Part shown: positions 1 through 12,750 of the stretch, piece by piece
Layout: each line of letters opens with the position of its first letter
How positions within the stretch are numbered: position 1 is the stretch's first letter
Origin: Centroscyllium fabricii
Taxonomy: Eukaryota
Direction: 5' to 3'
DNA length: 64,000 nt
NCBI GenBank assembly: GCA_051313645.2
Contig: JBNRSN020000044.1
Location: 5,456,001 to 5,520,000, forward strand
The notes under the pieces: generated by a model
What the model was told of the DNA's origin: nothing
The model's input: the letters and a program-made list of their open reading frames with translations, nothing else
Databases searched by the model: none
Program-made: the position numbers and the translations under genes

Positions 1-816
1 GAATGCATTTAATCAATTATGTTAAAAACAATTTTGCTTGGATGAATGTACATCACTGGGTTTCAGCGTCTGGAACGTATCATTAAAAGGAAAAAACAAG
101 TTCATGTTGCATCCATTTTGCAGTCTGATTGTAAATTATTTTTTTGGCTGTTGCTGTTGTTTAGTCAGGCTGACCGACTCTGGAAATGATGAACAGATGG
201 AAGCCGTTCCCTCTCCTCACTATAAAAACAAAGCACAACACAAAACTGCCTCCATCAACTCCCACTCGGGCTATTTCCCTCCTCCCTCCCCCCTCCCCCC
301 CCCACCCCCCGTTCTGCACTGACTCCCACTCAGTGGTGTCAGTCTCCAGCCTTTCCACAGCCACCGGGAGTCTGGGTAACTACAATCCTTTGTTGCTGCT
401 GTTCCAGACATGCAGTACCCGGGACCAGCTTCCAATGGGCACCCAATTTCACTTTTGGCTTTCACTAACTTGTTTTTGTGACTAATATTTTTAAGTTTCT
501 TTTGTCGGATGAAGCTGATTTCATAAATGTCACTACACACACAAAGAAATGCACTTTTATACCACAGTTAAAAACTGTTTGCACAATCTTTGGAACAAAA
601 AAATAATGAAGGCAGAAACGTAAGGAAAAAAAATACATGTTTAGAAGAACGTAATGAGGTATAAAAAAGTAGGTCTCTCTCTCTCGTGTAATGATTTCCT
701 CTCTTTCTCGTGTATTTTTTTCCGTGTCGAGTTGCTATAAAGTTCCACTACTTGTAATATTGCAACACCCAGGCCTTGGGAAGGGGTTGTTCCCATTGCA
801 GGAGTTCACATCACTT
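1..816 (-). other. RBFOX2: RBFOX2 3' UTR (partial; may continue beyond window start)
   Basis: Directly follows the TAA stop of the terminal exon; TE-free, AT-rich; contains TGCATG on the sense strand (plus CATGCA 409-414). Confidence 0.75.
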
Positions 817-861
817 TTAGTAGGGAGCGAAACGGCTGTATCCACCTCGGTATAAACTAGC
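817..861 (-). CDS. RBFOX2: RBFOX2 terminal coding exon, ASLYRGGYSRFAPY* (PY-type NLS C-terminus)
   Basis: Acceptor ttttccttttgcag, phase 0; translation matches the recalled RBFOX2 C-terminus; TAA at 819-817. Confidence 0.95.
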   Translation of the reverse strand, partial: ASLYRGGYSRFAPY

Positions 862-1507
862 CTGCAAAAGGAAAAGAACAGTAAGTAAAGCAAAGTAAAA
901 GTCTATGACTTAATTCCTCTTTTTCTCCTGAAGCCACTGACTGCAGCTAGCCTGACTGGCCATTATTCATACGCGAGCCTCGACAGCAATTGTTGGCAGA
1001 CTATTTAACTGCAGGGGCATCATGCTCAAGTCCAATCCTGCCCTCACACATGACCCATGTTAGAGGGGTATTGGCAGCAGGAACCCTCTCTGATTTCAAC
1101 CTGCCAAGCCCAGGGATGGGGAGCCCAATTGCAAGATCCCTCTAGATGTTCCAACAGGATCAACAATGCAGCTCAGACCATAGATCAAAGCTCAGCAACT
1201 CACCGACCAATTGGAGGTGGTATTGAATTAACATCCGTCATAAATTAGGGAATCTATTTTGTACAATTCTGAATTAGTTAAAGTTAAAATTGAATCTATC
1301 AAACCTATCAAATAAAGGGCAGAAGATAAACATTGTTGACTGTTCTGAAAATTAGTCAGGATATGGACTTTGCTCCAGGTAAAAATTGAGTTGTACATGG
1401 TCATGGCATTAAGAAATACTTAGGACTCAGACAATTAACATTTATCCATTTATTAGAATTCCATGTAAACACTACAATGTCTGATTCTGGATATCTGATG
1501 GTTTAAA

Positions 1508-1759
1508 AGTCCAAAGATGTGCGGGTTAGGTTGATTGGCCATGATAAATTGACCTAGTGTTAGGGGGATTGAATATGTGGGGTTACGGGGATAGGGTGGG
1601 ATATGTGTTGATGCAGGCTCGATAGGGATTGAGGGATATGGGGACAAGGCAGGGACGGGGTACTGGGTTTGGATGATCAGCCATGATCTCACTGAATGGC
1701 GGAGCAGGCTCGAAGGGCCAAATGGCCGACTCCTGCTCCTATCTTCTATGTTTCTATGT
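1508..1759 (+). mobile_element. HE1-type (V-SINE) shark SINE, 5'-truncated
   Basis: V-domain-like GTCCAAAGATGTGCGGGTTAGGTTGATTGGCC followed by the CR1-shared tail and TTCTATGT-type repeats; six related copies in window. Confidence 0.8.
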
Positions 1760-2779
1760 AAACGTCAGAGAACATAAGAAATAGGAGCAGGAGTCGGCCA
1801 TTCGGCCCCTTGAGCCTGCTCCGCCATTCAAGAAGATCATGGCTGATCTTCTACCTCATCTCCACTTTCCTGCACTATCCCCGTATCGCTTGATTTTCTT
1901 AATATTCTAAAATCTGTCGATCTCTGTCTTGAATATACTCAACGACTGAGCCTCCACAGCCCTCTGGGGTAGAGAATTCCAAAGATTCACCACCCTCTGA
2001 GTGAAGAAATTCCTCCTCATCTCAGTCCTAAATGGCCAACCCCTTATTCCGAGTCTGTGACCTCTGGTTCTAGACTCTCCGGCCAGGGGAAACATCCTCC
2101 CTGCATCTACCCTGTCAGCCCTGAAAACACTTGTGTGTTTCAATGAGATCTGGGATGGGGGGATTGTCCTATGAGGAGAGATTGAGTAGACTTGGCCTAT
2201 ATTCTCTAGAGTTTAGAAGAATGAGAGGTGATTACATAGGATATATAATCTAGAGAATATCGGCCTTGTCTACTCAATCTCTCCTCATAGGACAATCCCC
2301 CCATCCCAGGAACCAGTCTGGTGAACCTTCGTTGCACTCCCTCTATGGCAAGTATATCCTTCCTTAGGTAAGGAGACCAAAACTGTCCACAATATTCCAG
2401 GTGTGGTGTCACCCAGGGCCCTATATAATTGTAAGATGTCTTTACTCTTATACTCAAATCCTCTTGTAATAAAGGCCAACATACCATTTGCTTTTCTAAT
2501 TGCTTTCTGTACCTGCCTGTTAACTTTCAGTGATTCTTGTACAAGGACACCCAGGTCCCTCTGAACACCAACATTTCTCAATCTCTCACCATTTAAAAAT
2601 ACTCTGCTTTTCTATTTTTCCTACCAAAGTGGATAACTTCACATTTCTCCACATTATATTCCATTTGCCCTGTTCTTGCCCACTCACTGAGCCTGTCTAT
2701 ATCCCCTTGAAGCCTCCTTGCATCCTCCTCAGAACTTACTTTCCCACCCAGCTTTGTATCATCAGCAAACTTGGATTTA

Positions 2780-3228
2780 CAGGTTGAGCACCGTTAATCC
2801 GGCACCCGATGGTCCGGCACCTTCAGTGGTCCGGCACAAATCGAAACCGGCGGTCTGCAGTTTGCGGAGCAGCCGCTCGGCGGCGCCACCGTTTCCCGTC
2901 CCACGTGACCCTAGGGACACTCGCGAACCGCCAGCACCCTGCGATACGCGGGCCTCTACCCGCCAGCACCCCGCGATACGCGGGCCTCTACCCGCCAGCA
3001 CCGGAGTGTCTCCGTACCAGCCGGGCCACCAGGTAGGCGGGCAATTTATTTGTGGAAGCCTCTGACCACAAATTCAGCCCCATCAATTATCTCTGCCATT
3101 CCCTCACTCAAGGTAGCTCTGCTAATCAGTAAGTTTTCAATCCCTTCTTCAACCTTCAGTGGTTCGGAATTTTCAGTAGTCCGGCACCGGGTTGGTCCCG
3201 TCCGGCCGGATTAACGATGCTCAACCTG
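2780..3228. mobile_element. Tc1/mariner Tigger-like non-autonomous DNA transposon (MITE)
   Basis: TIRs CAGGTTGAGCACCGTTAATCCGGC / GCCGGATTAACGATGCTCAACCTG; TA on left, TG on right; splits CR1 sequence. Confidence 0.85.
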
Positions 3229-3886
3229 TGTTACATTTAGTCCTCTCATCCAAATCACTGATGTAGATTGTGAATAGCTGAGGCCCAAGGACTGATCCTT
3301 GCGGTACCCCACTAGTTACAGCCTGCCAACCCAAAAATGACCCGTTTATTCCTACTCTGTTTTCTGTCCTTTAACCAATCCTCAATCCATGCTAGTATAT
3401 TGCCCCCAATCCCATGAGCCCTAATTTTGTTCAATAACCTCTTGTGTCGCACCTTATCGAATGCCTTCTGAAAATCCAAATACACCACATCCACTGGTTC
3501 CCCCTTAACTATTCTGCTAGTTACAACCTCAAAAAATTCTAACAGATTTCCCTTTCATAAATCGTGTTGACTCTGCCCAATCCTATTATTATTTTCGAAG
3601 TGCCCTGTTACCACAACCTTAATAATAGATTCTAGCATTTTCCCGACTACTGATGTGAGGCTAACTGGTCTGTAGTTCCCCGTTTTCTCTCTCCCTCCTT
3701 TCTTAAATAGTGGGGTTACATTTGCTACCCTCCAATCTGCGGGAACCATTCTAGAATCTATGGAATTTTGGAAAATGACAACCAATGCATCTACTATCTC
3801 TGTAGCCAACTCTTTCAAAACCCTAGGATGTAGACCATCAGGTCCTGGGGATTTATCGGCTTTCAGTCCCATTAATTTCTCTAGTA

Positions 3887-4402
3887 CAGGAAACTCTTGT
3901 TTAAACAGCACCTAAATATCCGGAATTCTCTGTTAACTGGCAAAATTCTCATCCGAAAACACCACCTCAATAACCGGCAATGTTGCCGAGTCCGAGTCTC
4001 CTTTGGTGGTCGAGTTAGACAGTGGGGGTAGTTCTCCAAACTGCCACTACTCGGCTTCTTGGTGCTGTCGGAGGTCGGAACACCTCAATAATCCTGTAAC
4101 AGGAGTCTGGCTCTCCTGCCCGTCTCTTCTGATCCACCATTTTACAGGGTTACTGTGCGTCTCCCATGCTGCTGGTAGTCACTGCATTGCATTACCCTCA
4201 ACTGGCAGTACTGTACTTAAGCAGCATCCACCATCCATTTAACACAACATCCTGTAGGTGAGTACCCAATTACTGTATACTGCACAATTCTTGATTTTTT
4301 AATTTTTCTTTGTTAAAAATTGCCTCGGTCAATAGCCCTCTCGGTCATCCGGAATTTTTGATCAACCGGCAACACGCCAGTGCCGAATACCAGAGTTTCC
4401 TG
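3887..4402. mobile_element. Tc1/mariner-type MITE, second family
   Basis: TIRs CAGGAAACTCT / AGAGTTTCCTG, TA duplication on both sides; CR1 sequence resumes after it. Confidence 0.8.
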
Positions 4403-6091
4403 TACTACTTTTTTACTAATATCTTTCAGTTCCTCAGTCTCGCTGGACGCTCGGTTCTCCACCATTTCCGGGACGTATTTTGCATCTTCTTCCGTGACAC
4501 AAAGTATTTGTTTAATTTCTCTGCCATTTCCTTATTTCCCCATTATAATTTCTCCTGTCTCAGCCTGTAAGGGACCCACATTTACTTTCACTAATTTTTT
4601 CCGATAGATGCTTTTACAGTCTATTTTTATGTCTCTCGATAGTTTACTCATATTCTATTTTCCCTTCCTCAATTTCTTGCTGAATTCTAAAATCCTCCCA
4701 ATCCTCAGGCTTACTACTCTTTTTGGCAGCATTATAAGCCTCTTCCTTTGATCTAATACTATCTTTAACTTCTTGTTAGCCATGGTTGGACCACTTTTCC
4801 TGTGAGGTTTTTGTTCCTTAAAAGGAATGTATATTTGTTGTAAATGATGTATTCATTTTTTAAATGCTAGCCATTGCTCGTCCACTGTCATACCTTTAAA
4901 TGTAGTTTCCCAATCTACCTTAGCCAAGAGGAATTGAAACCGAAGCACTGGTGAATTCTGCCGCACTTTCTAGCAGGAGATTGGAATGGAGATTTGCAGT
5001 GTTCATGTACAATGCAGCTGGAAGGCCTTCCACAAGTCAAATTCAGACGCTCAAGAACTGTGTTCAGTAAAGGATTTCTAACCCATTTATGGGCTGATTC
5101 TCATTGCATTGTTTTAAGCATTGTGCAAATTCAGTAACTTGTTTTATTTGACATTTGTGTGATAATGGACTTGTAAATAAGTCTAATCCTTTTATCCTGT
5201 ACATAATGTATTAATGTCAGATTATTTTCTGCCTTCAAGACAGACAGCAGAATATGGTGGGGATTCGTGTGACCCGCAGTGAATGATAAGGGCTTGTTAT
5301 TAACCCTGGGTAAGCCGCCCCATGCATGACATGTACAAGGGAACAGTTCTTGGTCTAGGGAGACTCGGTCAGCTTAAGGAAATTGCCTTTGGTTGTGAAC
5401 ACAAAAGTCTGCAGAAAAAGCCCGAACCGTAAAATTATTTTCTGTTTACAATTTTACTTCATTTTGTTAATAAAGCATGGCGCATTGATAGAATCACAGG
5501 CGGTGATTTAGAGGAGTTTCGAAGTCCAACAATGGAACGGAGCTGAACAGCAGTGGATCCAGTCACAGTCTCGAGGAGCTCCACCATTCCAGCGGAGTGC
5601 AGTTAAAGCAGCTAACTCCACAAAACCAACATTGCTCGTCGAGTTTATCTCTAATTAATGTTTATACACCAGTATGCAAAAAGGAGAAAGCAGAACTAGC
5701 TCCATGATAGTGGTTGGTAACGGTGCATCCAGCTCACCACTAACCAAAACAACCCAAACTTGACTCTCAATCTATACGGAGTTGCCTGCGCTCAGCCAGG
5801 GAGTGATCTGAGTGATGTGGTGCGTCAATTGGTCTCAGCACCCGAGGTACTGAAGGGAAAAATAAATTATAAAAATCAACCCAAATTCCTGCTCTTTATA
5901 ACTATCCCAATGGCTCTTGCTGGAAAGTACATGTACAGATAGCTGGGGAAGGGCATGAACAGAGCAGGCTATGATCCAATTGCCTGGTCACATTCACTAC
6001 CTACACTCGGGGGAGTTACTGGGTGGCTGATGCACTTAAACTGCGCCCGAGCACGAGCCAGTGCCTTCATGAGAGGAAGAAATGTATCACA

Positions 6092-8263
6092 ACTGGTGAA
6101 TCCAGCCACACTGACCATGGACAGGGAGCTGGGACTGATTACACTGGTAAATCCAACCACACTGAACCATGGACAGGGAGCTGGGGCTGATTACACTGGT
6201 GAATCCCGGCACACTGAACCGTGGACAGGGAGCTGGGACTGATTACACTGGTGAATCCAACCACACTGAACCATGGACAGGGAGCTGGGACTGATTACAC
6301 TGGTGAATCCAACCACACTGAACCATGGACAGGGAGCTGGGACTGATTACACTGGTGAATCCAACCACACTGAACCATGGACAGGGAGCTGGGGCTGATT
6401 ACACTGGTGAATCCCGGCACACTTAACCATGGACAGGGAGCTGGGACTGATTACACTGGTGAATCCAACCACACTGAACATGGACAGGGAGCTGGGACTG
6501 ATTACACTGGTGAATCCAACCACACTGAACCATGGACAGAGAGCTGGGACTGATTACACTGGTGAATCCCGGCACACTGAACCATGGACAGAGAGCTGGG
6601 ACTGATTACACTGGTGAATCCCGGCACACTGAACCATGGACAGGGAGCTGGGACTGATTACCCTGGTGAATCCCGGCACACTGAACCATGGACAGAGAGC
6701 TGGGACTGATTACACTGGTGAATCCCGGCACACTGAACCATGGACAGGGAGCTGGGACTGATTCCACTGGTGAATCCAACCACACTGAACCATGGACAGA
6801 GAGCTGGGACTGATTACACTGGTGAATCCAACCACACTGAACCATGGACAGAGAGCTGGGACTGATTACACTGGTGAATCCAACCACACTGAACCATGGA
6901 CAGAGAGCTGGGACTGATTCCACTGGTGAATCCCGGCACACTGAACCATGGACAGGGAGCTGGGACTGATTACACTGGTGAATCCCGGCACACTGAACCA
7001 TGGACAGGGAGCTGGGACTGATTACACTGGTGAATCCCGGCACACTGAACCATGGACAGGGAGCTGGGACTGATTACACTGGTGAATCCCGGCACACTGA
7101 ACCATGGACAGGGAGCTGGGACTGATTACACTGGTGAATCCCGGCACACTGAACCATGGACAGGGAGCTGGGACTGATTACACTGGTGAATCCCGGCACA
7201 CTGAACCATCGACAGGGAGCTGGGACTGATTACACTGGTGAATCCAGCCACACTGAACATGGACAGGGAGCTGGGACGGATTACAGTGGTGAATCCAACC
7301 ACACTGAACCGTGGACAGGGAGCTGGGACTGATTACACTGGTGAATCCAACCACACTGAACCGTGGACAGGGAGCTGGGACTGATTACACTGGTGAATCC
7401 AACCACACTGAACCATGGACAGAGAGCTGGGACTGATTACACTGGGGAATCCAGCCACACTGAACCGTGGACAGGGAGCTGGGACTGATTACACTGGTGA
7501 ATCCAACCACACTGAACCATGGACAGAGAGCTGGGACTGATTACACTGGTGAATCCCGGCACACTGAACCATCGACAGGGAGCTGGGACTGATTACACTG
7601 GTGAATCCCGGCACACTGAACCATCGACAGGGAGCTGGGGCTGATTACACTGGTGAATCCAGCCACACTGAACTGTGGACAGGGAGCTGGGACTGATTAC
7701 ACTGGTGAATCCCAGCACACTGAACATGGCCATGGAGCTGGAACTGATTACACTGGTGAATCCCGGCACACTGAACCATCGACAGGGAGCTGGGACTGAT
7801 TACACTGGTGAATCCAGCCACACTGAACCATGGACAGGGAGCTGGGACTGATTACACTGGTGAATCCAGCCACACTGAACCGTGGACAGGGAGCTGGGAC
7901 TGATTACACTGGTGAATCCAGCCACACTGAACCGTGGACAGGGAGCTGGGACTGATTACACTGGTGAATCCAGCCACACTGAACCGTGGACAGGGAGCTG
8001 GGACTGATTACACTGGTGAATCTAACCACACTGAACCATGGGCAGGGAGCTGGGACTGATTACAGTGGTGAATCCAACCACACTGAACCATCGACAGGGA
8101 GCTGGGACTGATTACACTGGTGAATCCCGGCACACTGAACATGGACAGGGAGCTGGGACTGATTACACTGGTGAATCCCGGCACACTGAACATGGACAGG
8201 GAGCTGGGACTGATTACACTGGTGAATCTAACCACACTGAACATGGACAGGGAGCTGGGACTG
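6092..8263. repeat. 52-bp minisatellite, about 42 copies
   Basis: Unit GATTACACTGGTGAATCCAACCACACTGAACCATGGACAGGGAGCTGGGACT; period measured 6241 to 6293. Confidence 0.95.
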
Positions 8264-8837
8264 AAAACACTTTTTCTGCAGCAGCCCTTTTGTTTAATTT
8301 GGGATATATGAAGTTGAGCCGAATTGAAAAATGTTTGAGAAAACTGAACTAGAAATGTGAAGCCTTTTATGTATTTCGAGCCAACTCGCCTGTTAATCTT
8401 CAATTTTACAGCTTTATTTAAAAAAATGTTTTTGCTGACCTCACCCTGCCTTCTCAGAGATGTTCTTTCAGACAACACCAACTATTTCTGTACTAAACGG
8501 ATCTTACTTTTTTCTCATTTGTCTGTTGAGTACTTTTTAAATTAGTGACAACACTATTGTGGGACAAGGAGTCCTGCAAATTAGCTTGACCGAGCACAAA
8601 AACAGGCAGTGTAAATCTTCACTGCCACAGGACTGATGCCCAATAGAGCTTGTTATTCTGACTCTCTGTTTGGCGGGGGTGGGGGGGAAGGGAGAAGGAT
8701 CGAGAGAAATACTCGGGTAAGAAGTCAAACTTCCAGCCACAGGCTGAAGGACAGGATTTGTTGGGATAGAGGGAGCTGCTGGGGAGCAAGCAAGATGCAG
8801 CGCTTAACAGTTTGCACTCTGACTGGCCTCAGTGCCC

Positions 8838-11257
8838 GGGGATGGAACACAACAATCCCACTCCCGGTCATCAACTAGTGTCTGGGCTTGGGGAGGGAAC
8901 ACAATGATTCCACTCCCGGTCATGAACCTGTGTCCCGGGGCTCGGGGACGGAACACAATGATCCCACTCCCGGGCATGAACCAGTGTCTGGGCTCGGGGA
9001 GGGAACACAATGATTCCACTCCCGGTCATGAACCTGTGTCCCGGGGCTCGGGGACGGAACACAATGATCCCACTCCTGGTCATGAACCAGTATCTGGGCT
9101 CGGGGAGGGAACACAATGATCCCACTCCTGGTCATGAACCAGTGTCTGGGCTCGGGGAGGGAACACAATGATCCCACTCCCGGTCATGAACCAGTATCCC
9201 GGGGCTCGGGGACGGAACACGATGATCCCACTCCCGGTCATGAACCAGTGTCTGGGCTTGGGGACGGAACACAATGATCCCACTCCTGGTCATGAACCAG
9301 TGTCCCGGGGCTCGGGGAGGGAACAGAATGATCCCACTCCCGGCCATGAACCAGTGTCCCGGGGCTCGGGGAGGGAACACAATGATCCCACTCCCGGCCA
9401 TGAACCAGTGTCCCGGGGCTCGGGGACGGAACACAATGATCCCACTCCTGGTCATGAACCAGTATCTGGGCTCGGGGAGGGAACACAACGATCCCACTCT
9501 CGGGCATGAACCAGTGTCTGGGCTCGGGGAGGGAACACAATGATCCCACTCTCGGGCATGAACCAGTGTCTGGGCTCGGGGAGGGAACACAATGATCCCA
9601 CTCTCGGGCATGAACCAGTGTCTGGGCTCGGGGACGGAACACAATGATCCCACTCCCGGTCATGAACCAGTGTCCCGGGGCTCGGGGCCGAAACACAATG
9701 ATCCCACTCCCGGTCATGAACCAGTGTCCTTGCTCGGGGAGGGAACACAATGATCCCACTCCCGGTCATGAACCAGTGTCTGGGCTCGGGGACGGAACAC
9801 AATGATCCCACTCCCGGTCATGAACCATTGTCTGGGCTCGGGGAGGGAACACAATGATCCCACTCCTGGTCATGAACCAGTATCTGGGCTCGGGGACGGA
9901 ACACAATGAGCCCACTCCCGGTCATGAACAGTGTCTGGGCTCGGGGACGGAACACAATGATCCCACTCCCGGTCATGAACCAGTATCTGGGCTCGGGGAC
10001 GGAACAGAATGATCCCACTCCCGGTCATGAACCAGTGTCCTTGCTCGGGGAGGGAACACAATGATCCCACTCCCGGTCATGAACCAGGATCTGGGCTCGG
10101 GGACGGAACACAATGATCCCACTCCCGGTCATGAACCAGTATCCCGGGGCTCGGGGACGGAACACAATGATCCCACTCCTGGTCATGAACCATTGTCTGG
10201 GCTCGGGGAGGGAACACAATGATCCCACTCCCGGCCATGAAAGAGTGTCTGGGCTCGGGGAGGGAACACAATGATCCCACTCCTGGTCATGAACCAGTAT
10301 CTGGGCTCGGGGAGGGAACACAATGATCCCACTCCCGGTCATGAACCAGTATCCCGGGGCTCGGGGACGGAACACAATGATCCCACTCCTGGTCATGAAC
10401 CATTGTCTGGGCTCGGGGAGGGAACACAATGATCCCACTCCCGGCCATGAAAGAGTGTCTGGGCTCGGGGAGGGAACACAATGATCCCACTCCCGGGCAT
10501 GAACCAGTGTCCGGGGCTCGGGGAGGGAACACAATGATCCCACTCCCGGTCATGAACCAGTGTCTGGGCTCGGGGAGGGAACACAATGATCCCACTCCCG
10601 GTCATGAACCAGTATCTGGGCTCGGGGACGGAACACAATGATCCCACTCCTGGTCATGAACCAGAGTCCCGGGGCTTGGGGAGGGAACACAATGATCCCA
10701 CTCCCGGTCATGAACCAGTATCTGGGCTTGGGGAGGGAACACAATGATCCCACTCCCGGTCATGAACCAGTGTCTGGGCTCAGGGAGGGAACACAATGAT
10801 CCCACTCCCGGTCATGAACCAGAGTCCCGGGGCTCGGGGAGGGAACACAATGATCCCACTCCCGGTCATGAACCAGTGTCTGGGCTCAGGGAGGGAACAC
10901 AATGATCCCACTCCCGGTCATGAACCAGAGTCCCGGGGCTCGGGGAGGGAACACAATGATCCCACTCCCGGTCATGAACCAGTGTCTGGGCTCGGGATGG
11001 AACACAATGATCCCACTCCCGGGCATGAACCAGTGTCCTTGCTCGGGGAGGGAACACAATGATCCCACTCCCGGTCATGAACCAGTGTCCCGGGGCTCAG
11101 GGAGGGAACACAATGATCCCACTCCCAGGCATGAACCAGTGTCTGGGCTCAGGGAGGGAACACAATGATCCCACTCCCGGTCATGAACCAGTGTCTGGGC
11201 TCAGGGAGGGAACACAATGATCCCACTCCCGGTCATGAACCAGTATCTGGGCTCGGG
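8838..11257. repeat. 52/54-bp minisatellite, about 46 copies, apparently expanded inside an old SINE
   Basis: Unit GGAACACAATGATCCCACTCCCGGTCATGAACCAGTGTCTGGGCTCGGGGAG; flanks resemble the two halves of a dispersed old SINE seen elsewhere in the window. Confidence 0.93.
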
Positions 11258-11547
11258 AAGTGCATATGTGCATTTCGGGTGAGGACAGGATTACACCAGG
11301 TTGCGCTGCCTCCCATGTTAGAATAGCCTGGTGACACTCACTGTCTAGGGTCATGTGGCCATTAAAGGGCAACAGGTATCTGTGGAACTGGGACCTACAG
11401 GAGAGGAAGGAAGAGAAACTATTTTTTCACCTACTTACATCAAAAGGAGATTCTAGGAGCTGTTCGATGCATAGCAACAAAGTGCGGTGGATACAATGGT
11501 GGATTTACCAGACATGCAAATTAAAACCGTAGTGACCTCTGCTGTAA

Positions 11548-12365
11548 CCAGATTATCAAAATCCACGACAAGGCCTTGGACAACGTGCACCACTTTCCAT
11601 ACCTCGGGAGCCTACTGTTAACAAGGGCGGACTTAGACGACGAAGCCCAACACCACCTTCAGTGTGCCAGTGCAGCCTTCGGTTGCCTGAGGAAGAGAGT
11701 GTTTGAAGACCAGGATCGCGAACCCAGCACCAAGCTCATGGTCTACAGAGCAGCAGTGATACCCGCCCTGCTGTATGCCTCAGAGACTTGGACCATGTAC
11801 AGCAGGCACCTCAAAGCACTGGAGAGGTACCACCAACGCTGCCTCCGCAAGATACTGCAAATCCATTGGCAGGATAGGCGCACCAATGTCTGTGTTCTTG
11901 CTCAGGCCAACATACCCAGCATCGAAGCTTTGACCACGCTCGATCAGCTCCAATGGACGGGTCACATCGTCTGCATGCCCGATACGAGACTCCCAATATA
12001 AGCGTTCTACTCGGAGCTCCGGCACGGCAAGAGAGCCCCAGGTGGGCAGAGGAAACGCTTCAAGGACACCCTCAAAGCCTCCTTGAAAAAGTGTAACATC
12101 GCCATCGACACCTGGGAATCCCTGGCCCAAGACCGCACAAAGTGGAGGAGAAGCATCCGGGAAGGCGCCGAACATCTCGAGTCTCTTCGCCGGGAGCAAG
12201 CGGAAGCCAAGCGCAGGCAGCGCACGTCAACCCAAGCACCCCACCCACCCGCCCCTTCAAGCACCGTCTGCCCCACCTGTGACAGAGACTGTAGGTCCCG
12301 CATCGGACTCAGTCACCTGTGGAAGCAATTCATCCTCGATTCCGAGGGACTGCCTAAGAAGCAAG
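11548..12365 (+). mobile_element. RTE-clade (BovB-like) LINE, 3' fragment
   Basis: HFPYLGS, YHQRCLRKILQIHWQDRRTN, GGQRKRFKDTLKASL and C-terminal CPTCDRDCRSRIGL motif; frameshifted. Confidence 0.85.
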
Positions 12366-12639
12366 ACCACCACCATTTAACCATTTAAAGGGTCTCCCCC
12401 AATGCCTGACTTCAGTGTTGCTGTTTTAAAAGATTTCCTGATCAAAGGGTCGGGGGCAGAGATTGACAGGCGACCTGCTCCTGAGCTCTTGTCCCAGGTC
12501 AAGGTGTTCAGGACGCGCCCCGCCTCAATTCAGGCTGGCTGCTGTCAGGAAAAACGACAGGAGAAAGCTCCAGTTGGAAACGGCCATCTCCCAGCCCGTG
12601 CTGTGATGCTTCAGGTGCTCAACGTGCGGCATTACCAGC

Positions 12640-12750
12640 TCGCTCCCTCGGGCCGCTCCGCCCGCTCCCTCGGCCCGCTCCCTCGGGCCCGCTCCCTCGG
12701 CCCCTCAGCCCGCTCCCTCGGCCCGCTCCCTCGGGCCCGCTCCCTCGCTC
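12640..12750. repeat. Short GC-rich tandem repeat (GGCCCGCTCCCTC)n
   Basis: About eight imperfect 13-14 bp units. Confidence 0.75.

Larger units (their letters stand above)
1770..4927 (-). mobile_element. CR1 LINE, 5'-truncated, degraded ORF2 (RT), interrupted by two MITEs and an inversion
   Basis: ORF fragments DKSPGPDGLHPRVLKE, NYRPVSLTSVVGK, YLDFQKAFDKV, PHLEYC, RRNFFTQRVVNLWNSLP; 3' tail at about 1770. Confidence 0.9.

Noticed and set aside
6092-11257. Regular repeats resembling CRISPR arrays or repeat proteins
   Set aside because: Head-to-tail units without unique spacers, no cas genes, vertebrate intron.
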